Shown: positions 45,047 through 64,000 of the stretch, one piece after another | Numbering within the stretch: position 1 is the first letter of the stretch | How the letters are laid out: every line of letters starts with the position of its first letter | From: Chrysemys picta bellii | Lineage: Eukaryota | Assembly (NCBI RefSeq): GCF_011386835.1 | Contig: NC_088808.1 | Coordinates: 17,360,001 to 17,424,000 of the forward strand | Length of the DNA: 64,000 nt | Direction of reading: 5' to 3' | Program-made: the position numbers and the translations under genes | The notes under the pieces: generated by a model | The model's database searches: none | Seen by the model: only the letters and a program-made list of their open reading frames with translations | Told to the model about the DNA's origin: nothing

Positions 45047-45069
45047 TCGTCCTGCTAATGATGAACTCG

Positions 45070-45388
45070 GTGCCACAATATACTCTGGCCGAGAGTTCCA
45101 CAGGGTGACTGTGTGTTGTGTGAAGAAATACTTCCTTTTGTTTGCTTTAAACCTGCTGCCTGTTAATGTCGTTCGGTGACCCCTAGTTCTTGTGTTGTGA
45201 GAAGGAGTAAATAACACTCCCTTATTTACTTTCTTCACACCAGCCATGATTTTATAGACCTCTGTCATTTCCCCCCTTAGTCATCTCTTTTCCAAACTGA
45301 AAAGTCCCAGTCTTATTAACCTCTCCTCATATGGAAGCTGTTTCATACCCCTGATCATTTTTGTTGCCCTTTTCTGTACTTTTTCCAA
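45070..45388 (-). mobile_element. CR1 LINE fragment
   Basis: GAGTTCCACAGG...GTGAAGAAATACTTCCTTTTG...CTCTTTTCCAAACTGAAAAGTCCCAGTC. Confidence 0.8.
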
Positions 45389-45670
45389 AATCATGAGTCA
45401 GGCCTCAAATATCAAGATGTTGGCTTAAAAATCATGAGCTTTTTAAAAAAAAAAAAGATGTTGGGTTCTTATTCATTGTTTTCTGGTGTCTAAACCTTTA
45501 GGTCGCACTTGGTTCATGTTTTCAAACTTTTCTCTGCCACCACGAGAGCCAGAAACTTTTGTAAAAAACCAAAGCTGAGATTCTAATGCACTCCCATGAT
45601 TCCAGGAGCAGGGGCCTTAAGAAAAACTCCAAATATTGCGAGACGCATGATAAAATCATGAGAGTTGTCA
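45389..45670. mobile_element. Old hAT-like MITE (related copy at about 48537-48800)
   Basis: Both copies share AATCATGAG, TCATGTTTTCAAACTTTT and AAGCTGAGA...CATGATTCCAGG; ends near GAGAGTTGTCAAC. Confidence 0.5.
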
Positions 45671-46104
45671 ACGCCACATTTAAAAGGTGCTTTCCTCCTG
45701 TCTCTAATGGGAATGGGAAGATTTCCAGGAAGACGAGCGATTTGGAATGCCTCGTTGAAATACACAGCAAAATCCCTCTTCACAAGAGGGGGAAACACTT
45801 TAAGAACTGCCCCATAAAATTAAATCCTATCCGAGGGACTCTCTTTCCAAATGATTGAGATTTGGCAGCTCTGGAAATCACTGAACACTGAGAGAGAGAG
45901 AAGAGAGGTGGGGTGAAGGGTGGAGTGGGAGTTTCCCTGAGTCCCTCCCAAACCAATCCCTTCTAATCAGCCTCAGCTCAGTACATTCTTTGGTTTGCAT
46001 ATAGAGACGCACCCTCCGTCATGTCTCCTACCTAGCCACTCGGTCTGACAGACCTGGATCCTGCCCTCGCACACTGGCCACCTTGGCAGCATGTCCTAGT
46101 AGTT

Positions 46105-46205
46105 AGCGCAGCCCAGGGCACTAGGAGTCAGGATTCCTGGTTCTGCTCCTGGCTTTACCACTGACGTAATCTGTGTAACCTTGGGCAAGTCCGTTCACCT
46201 CTCTG
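46105..46205 (+). mobile_element. CORE-SINE (MIR-like) fragment
   Basis: GGAGTCAGGATTCCTGGTTCTG...TGTGTAACCTTGGGCAAGTC. Confidence 0.65.
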
Positions 46206-46878
46206 GTGAAGCCAAAGTGCAGAGACACGCACAAGAATGAAAAACGCGAGCGGAGAAGACAGTTCACCAGAGCTGTTGAACCCACACGGACGTAGGAGCT
46301 CGTGGGAGTGGGGTGGGGTTGGGGGTCTGAACGCAGGACATCAAGGAACGCTTGTGTTCCCAGACTGGCTCTTACAAACGCTCCCTCTGTGTTTGAAAGA
46401 TGCTTTATAAAGGCAAGATAGCAGCACGTCTACGCCCAGGCGCTTGCATTTGCACACTCAGGCAGCCTCACAAGCATGCCTAGGCCCGTGCACTCGCAGA
46501 GGTCACACTCACACACAACCTATGGCCACAGGCTCAGTCACTCCTTAGCCAGCTGCTGCTCCTCACTGTGGCCAGGCAGGGCCCTGCCCACTTAGCTATT
46601 TAATGAGAGGGTGACATCAGAGTCCTCCCTCTCGGAAGGGAGGGGGCCCATCATGCAACACGCAGGGAGACGTGGAAGCTGTGCTGCTGCTGGGGACAGA
46701 GGCTCTCCATTGTCAGCAAGAACAGAGCAGCTGTCAAGGGCCAGGCCGGGTCCCTGGGGCGGTGGTGAGGGGCCCTGCCGCAGGACGGGTGTGAGGAGCT
46801 GTCACTGACTCTTCTGGGGGTGTGGGCGGGGTGTCCCCTTCTGCTGTGGCTCAGGTGCAAAGGGGGGGCTGCCCCTAA

Positions 46879-58473
<11,595 letters not shown>

Positions 58474-60729
58474 AATTCCCTCCTGGGCGACCCTCCTGCG
58501 GAGCCACTTTCTGCTGACACTGAGACTCTAAAAACGCAGTGGAAATCCGTTCTGACACGAATCTGATCACTCTTCTATCAATTCCTTGGTGAACTTTCCA
58601 AATACTGCAGCAACTAGAATTCCAAGGGGCAAGAGGTGACACTTTGCTCTCCAAAATAACCTCGAAAGAGCCTCAAATGGAGGCGTCTCAGTCTGTGAGT
58701 ATTGCACATTGCAACTGGAAGACGCAGGTTTCACTGGGAAGAAGCCTCTTGCGTGATTAGCTGCCCTGCCCAGCCCAGGTTATGCCCAGCACCAAAGATC
58801 TGAAAATCCCTTTTTGCCACCAGGTGTGTGTGTGACTTAAATTTCAGCTGACTCTTCAAGTGCTGCTTAACCAAGCTGATAGGATGTACCCATTCCTCAG
58901 CAAGGTCCCTGGTTCACCATGGGGGATCGTGATGTACAGTGGGGTTTTTGCTGGAGAACATGTAGCAGGCCACGATTTCACTTGGGGGCTAGTCTGGGAA
59001 TTGCCTGAGAAGAGATGGAAGATGTACCAGGAGTCCTGCGTTATGGATTCCTGGCTGCTGGAAGGTGAATTAGGAACACTGGGCAAGCTCTTACCCTCCC
59101 AACTGAGATGCTTTCTCCCCTTTCCAGAGTGCACTATAGGGCCAGTTCCTGGTCCCACTGAAGTGATTGGGAGGTTGCCCATTGGCCCTGGCTTTTTGTG
59201 CATTACAAGTCTTTAGTGGTGCTCTGTGGTACAGATTTTTAAGGGTGTACTATGCTAATCTTGGGTGTAACGATATACAGTAATGCAGATGCTTGAATGG
59301 ATTGTGTTAGGAACTAATTGATCCTTGGTGTTGCTTTATTTTAGGGTTTTAGATGAGGGGCAGTTAGGTCAGGAATTACTGCCATGCAGCAAAACACCTT
59401 TGACAGCACAAAAGTAACTTAAGACAATAACAAACCCTCCAGAGACCTGATCGGAAGCCGACAGAAGGTAATGGAGAAACTCCCACGATCTTGAATGGAT
59501 TTTGGATCGGGTCCTAATACGTGTAAAGCACAACCTCCACATCCCTCTGAGTATAGCTGCAGGCAGCGGCTGCGTTGTACAGATCAGCTCCTCAGTTGGT
59601 CTCCGTAGGGATTTTTTTCTTTCTTTTCCTGTTACCACTCACCCTTTCCCTGGAGGAAAAGGGGAGTAAGAATTTCTTTCCCTCAGCAGAAATGAGGGTA
59701 ACATTCCTTGAGCGGAGCAGGATTTTGCTAGTCCTGTCCATTTAAACTGTGACATACGGTAACCGGTATGAAGGAAGGTCCCTTGCTCAGGTGCCCAGAT
59801 TCTGATTTGGAATCGTAAGCCTCCTTAGGTGCGCTTTCTCCTACTGCCTCTCCATGCAGAGTCAGTACCTACGGATGTGGGACATATTCTTTTTTTCTGT
59901 CCCGCACCAACATTAGCATTTAGGCTCATGCCAAAAATCCCGTGGCTTGCAGCCCCCCATATTGCTGCTGCGTGGGCAGGTGGCACGCTTTTCTCTGCAA
60001 CGTTGGGATGCCTCGGATCTGGGAAGCGTTCTACACTGCATCTGCCTGGGAACATTTGCTTAGGATTCTTTAAGATGAACCAACTCACTTTATACCATGG
60101 AATTTGTGTCCTGCTCTCATAATGCTCTTACACCCCCCATCCCCCTCAGCCCTATCATCGTGTGTCGCCGAGAGGGTAGCCTGGCAGGCTGCAGTGCTCT
60201 TGCACAGAGTCAAGTGCATTTGTTGCATCCAGCAGCAAGGACACTGCCAGCCCACTCCAGCTCATATTGTTCTCCCCTAGTTCACTTTTCTATCCCAAGT
60301 TGCTGCTACTTTAAAGAGGCCGTGCTCGCGAGTGGACCCTCTGACTAGTCCAGCTAGACACTACATACTGTTTGCAGCTGTTGCTTCCAATAGCATGCTT
60401 TGCGACTGTTTGATTTCCTTTTACACTGTGAAAGTAAAGACCTCATCCTGTCCTGGAGCCACTAGACAAAGTGCAGCTAAAAATAACATTAGCTCTAACC
60501 TGGTGCCTTGGAACTTGAGCCCAGATTCTGCACTCTGAGTAATCCAGATTAATTCCACTGAGCTCAGCGGATGACTCTGGCGTTACAGTGGTTTAGCTGA
60601 GAGCAAAATGTGGCTCTTAGCTCGCAGAAGAAAAAGGTAACATAATAGCTTTGTGGGTTTTAACAAGCTATAACTGTACACTACACTTGATAAGTCTTAC
60701 GCATCCTACGGGTGTAACCAAATGAATTC

Positions 60730-60815
60730 AACTGTTCGTCACTTCCTGTTTTACCCTGCTGCTGTGCACTGTTAAACTGCTGCCGGGTGCTACCCCAGAG
60801 GTGGCTTCATTTTAA
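60730..60815 (+). mobile_element. AmnSINE1 fragment
   Basis: GCTGCTGTGCACTGTTAAACTGCTGCCGGGTGCTACCCCAGAGGTGGCTTCATTT. Confidence 0.55.
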
Positions 60816-61060
60816 AGCAGGGCTTGAGGATTCTCGGTGGTGCAGTTTTGGGATCTTCCTGGCAGGAAAAAAAAAGGCTCTTTAGTAATTAACGTGCATC
60901 TTACCCGCTTTCTACTTGGGCATACAGGCTCTGCTCCTGCTCCTGTTCAGCTCAGTGGTGAAACTCCCATTGACAACGTGGTGCAGGATCAAATCCACAT
61001 TCACCAGTTTTGTACTGGATGAACTACAGAACTCGCTTCTTCTATATAACATTCTACATA

Positions 61061-61363
61061 CAGGGGCGGCTCTATGTATTTTGCCACCCCAAGCACGGCA
61101 GTCAGGCAGCCTTCGGCGGCATGGCTGCGGGAGGTCCGCTGGTAACGCGGATTCGGCGGCATGCCTGCGGGACGTCCGCCGATCCCGCGGCTTCGGCGTA
61201 CCCGCCGCAGAATTACTGCCGAAGCCGCGGGACCAGCGGACCTCCCACAGGCATGCTGCCAAAGGCAGCCTGACTGCCATCCTCACAGCAGCCGGCAGGC
61301 TGCCCCCTGCGGCTTGCCGCCCCAGGCATGCGCTTGGTGCGCTGGTGCCTGGAGCCGCCCCTG
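61061..61363 (-). mobile_element. Young GC-rich hAT MITE, copy 2 (inverted relative to copy 1)
   Basis: Same TIRs as 42678-42980; about 14 differences over 303 bp by manual comparison; CTACATA directly flanks both ends. Confidence 0.92.
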
Positions 61364-62140
61364 CTACATAAACAGTGCCCTAATCGCATTCTCTGTTTGA
61401 TTCTCTTCTGGAGGGTATGGATCATTCTCTAAGTCCAGTTCCCTCTTTTCTCAACACTGACCCCTACACTCTCTTCTGATCATAGGTTTACACTGAATTT
61501 ATGGTTTTGTTTTACACTGTTGCTTTTTCTTCTGGTTGAGAAGTGGAAGAATAATTTATTTGGGGGTATTTAAGTATTTCTGCTGGGACTGTTCTCACTG
61601 GACACAGAAGGAAACGCTGTTTAACAGAGGACAGTGTTTCGCTGTAGTTCAAGGGAATGTTTCGTTTCATTTCAGGTGTCTTTCTGGGCAAAGAGAGGAG
61701 CGCTAGCTACTGTAAGAAAATGCTCTGAACGATTTCACCTTTAGAGTAAGGTGCTGTTCATTACACACCCAGGAGAGGGATTTACCAACCAGCTGACCTG
61801 TCGCCTTCCAGCCGCAGAGTCAGTGTGTGTTCACAGTTTGGCTGACACCATGTTAACAACAATCCGGTTCAGATACAGTTGTGGCTAGCACAGATCCTAT
61901 AGTCACTGAAGTCAGTGGCAAAACTTCACTGACCTCAGTGGGAGCAGGGTTGAGCCCTGTCTTGTGGAAAAATCAGGCTGCTGGTTTTATTTTGCTGGAA
62001 GGCATTAGTGTGCGTATTGTAGAGTGAGCTGATGGGGCCGCCAAAGGTTATTGGGGCCAAAGCCTCAGCTGGTGCAAATTGCTGTCACTCCATTAAAGTC
62101 AAAGGAGCTGTGCAGATTTATACCGGCCGAGACTGTAGCC

Positions 62141-62351
62141 CAGCGGTTCTCAAACTTTTGTCCTGGTGACATGACAAGCCTCTGAGTGTGACCTCCCCTT
62201 ATACATTAAAACCACTTTTTAATATATTTAATACTGTTATAAATGCCGGAGGCAACGCGGGGTTTGAGGCAGAGGCTGACAACTTGCCACCCCCCATGTA
62301 ATAACCTCTCAGTCCCCTGAGGGGTCCCGACCCCCAGTTTGAGAACCCCTG
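62141..62351. mobile_element. hAT (Charlie-like) MITE
   Basis: TIRs CAGCGGTTCTCAAAC / GTTTGAGAACCCCTG; TSD CTGTAGCC / CTCTAGCC (7/8 match). Confidence 0.85.
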
Positions 62352-62512
62352 CTCTAGCCCATGGTTTATTGGACGGACAGACAGACTCACAGACACGCAT
62401 ACGTCCCTGCAGCTCAGTCTTTAGCAGCTATTTTGTTCAAAGTCCCCTCTCCCTAGGATCTTAGGGCCTCCGTCGCTTTATGTGAATTGTCAACCCAGAT
62501 GCCACTGAGTTT

Positions 62513-62518
62513 AATAAA
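62513..62518 (+). promoter_or_regulatory. First canonical AATAAA found downstream of the CACFD1 stop (candidate poly(A) signal; another at 62992)
   Basis: Manual scan of 58474-62512 found no earlier AATAAA. Confidence 0.35.
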
Positions 62519-63189
62519 TGCTCTGATCCCATTTTTGAGCCACTAGCTCTGTGTTAGAGCCGCGTTACTGTACATGGACCTTCCTGCACATGGAACATTG
62601 ACTTTCCAGGGTGTTTGTGTTACTAGGTAGCACGGCACCTGGATAACTTGCACCACTAATGTCAATGGGCCCTTCATGGCATGGATAACGTACAGTGATT
62701 CTGTGTTTAAAGGATACCTCTGAATAAGACTGGTTGTGGAGCGTGTCATGTGACAGCAGCCCTGTCCTTTGAGCTGTCTGGACAGTGTCCCGATGCAATA
62801 CCATTACTAGATAAAAAAAGAAAAGTGTAATGTCCCGCTGAGGGAATGGGACAATTGCACCACTGATTTCAATGGGGTTTAATGAAGCTAGACTAGTATT
62901 CAGTAGAAGGATATCGCAGAGTAAAGCATATAGTTGCTGGCATGAATTAGTGGTGATTGCTTTGTTCGGTGAGTAGTTATACACTAGCTTGAATAAAAGG
63001 AAATTAAAAGCAAAGCAGATGTGATAGAATAACACTGAGTCTAACCTACACCCACAGAAGTAAGCCGGTGAAGTGGCAAGGTCCTTCATTCACCATGTTG
63101 TGCCTAGATTCCTGTCAGTACGGGGTTCTCAGCAGGTCCCTGTTACAATAGCATCCGAGCGCTTTCTGACCTTCAAAGTATTTACTAAG

Positions 63190-63600
63190 ATCGGCCAGCT
63201 TGCATGGTCTGATCTTGCTTCCATTGGTGTCAATGGCAAAACTCCCCCAGACCTCAGTAGGAAGTCTCCTGAGATCATCCTATGCTCTGAGCCCCAGTGT
63301 CTGGGGTCAGGCCCCAATTCAGCAAAGCACTTAGGCATGTGCTTAGGCCCCACTGACTTCAATGAGCCTTAAGAACATGCTCCGAGTTAAGCACATGAAT
63401 TGGGGACATAAGGAAGTTTCTGTAAGGATGGAGTACAAGCCTTTGGCCAGAATTTTCAAGTGGCCACTAAATTTGGGTGCCTCGAGACCCCCAGGACCTG
63501 ATTTCCAGAGGTGCTGAGCACCCACAGATCCCACTGACTTCAGGACCAGCATGGGGCACCCAAAATTAGTGGGCCCTTTTGGAAACTTGGGCTTTAAAGC
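63190..63600. repeat. Cluster of short palindromic MITE-like repeats
   Basis: Several elements with CCA(T/C)TGA(C)TTCA(A/G)TG-type centres and short inverted ends (for example GCCCCAATTC / GAATTGGGG). Confidence 0.5.
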
Positions 63601-64000
63601 CCAAGCCCCTCTTCGTGCTGCAGATGTCTCTGTGACAGTTGCTATCATGATTGTAGACTTCAGCAGGCTGACCACCCTCCTTACTGCTGAGTTCTGTATT
63701 AGACATGCCACATAAAGGGCTTTTAGGAGCAGCAGCAGTAAATACAGTTGTAGTTAGCCTGGCTCGGATCCTAGCATGGATAAGCAATTACTTTTGGGGG
63801 TGTAGCTAAGGACGCTTAAGATAACATTATGAATACAGTAGTGAGTAGATCCATTCACAGTGCTGGGTGGTTATTAATAGTACTTGCTGAGCACTGTCAG
63901 GAGCTGTACAAGCATAGATGAAGTTCCAGTACCTGCCCCAGGGAGTTTACAGTCTCAGTCCAACCCGGTCACTAGCCCTTCAGACACTGGTGATGTGTAG

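Noticed and set aside
44454-45388. Penelope targeting CR1, or a Penelope-CR1 chimera
   Set aside because: The 13-bp TSD closes the Penelope copy at 45059, so the CR1 fragment is only adjacent; a single nested case (12481) does not show targeting.
62565-63089. 174-aa minus-strand ORF
   Set aside because: No recognisable motif or splice context, starts at a non-ATG codon and overlaps repeat fragments.
59000-64000. SLC2A6 terminal exons, expected by synteny on the minus strand
   Set aside because: No VPETKG or other sugar-transporter motif was found; the gene probably lies beyond the window.

Overview
Vertebrate genomic DNA, most likely a turtle (inferred from the repeat complement: CR1, Penelope, Harbinger/hAT MITEs, LF-SINE, AmnSINE1, CORE-SINEs). 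It covers the conserved STKLD1-REXO4-ADAMTS13-CACFD1 block: the last 4 coding exons of STKLD1 (+), complete REXO4 (-, 8 coding exons, 416 aa), complete ADAMTS13 (+, 32 coding exons, about 1595 aa) and complete CACFD1/Flower (+, 5 exons, 174 aa). All exons were traced by hand with consistent GT-AG boundaries and reading phase. No wholly new system could be established from sequence alone. The best leads are: (1) an ADAMTS13 with two extra propeptide exons, a ninth TSP1 repeat, and natural substitutions at spacer and CUB positions that control autoinhibition in the human enzyme; (2) two Penelope-derived minimal hammerhead ribozyme motifs, one in a young TSD-flanked insertion just 3' of ADAMTS13; (3) a decayed two-gene Harbinger transposon about 0.5 kb upstream of the ADAMTS13 start codon; (4) an RTE-type LINE fragment in an ADAMTS13 intron; (5) back-to-back poly(A) signals between STKLD1 and REXO4. 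Human residue numbers and family assignments come from recall and need confirmation by alignment. Repeat boundaries without TSDs are approximate.
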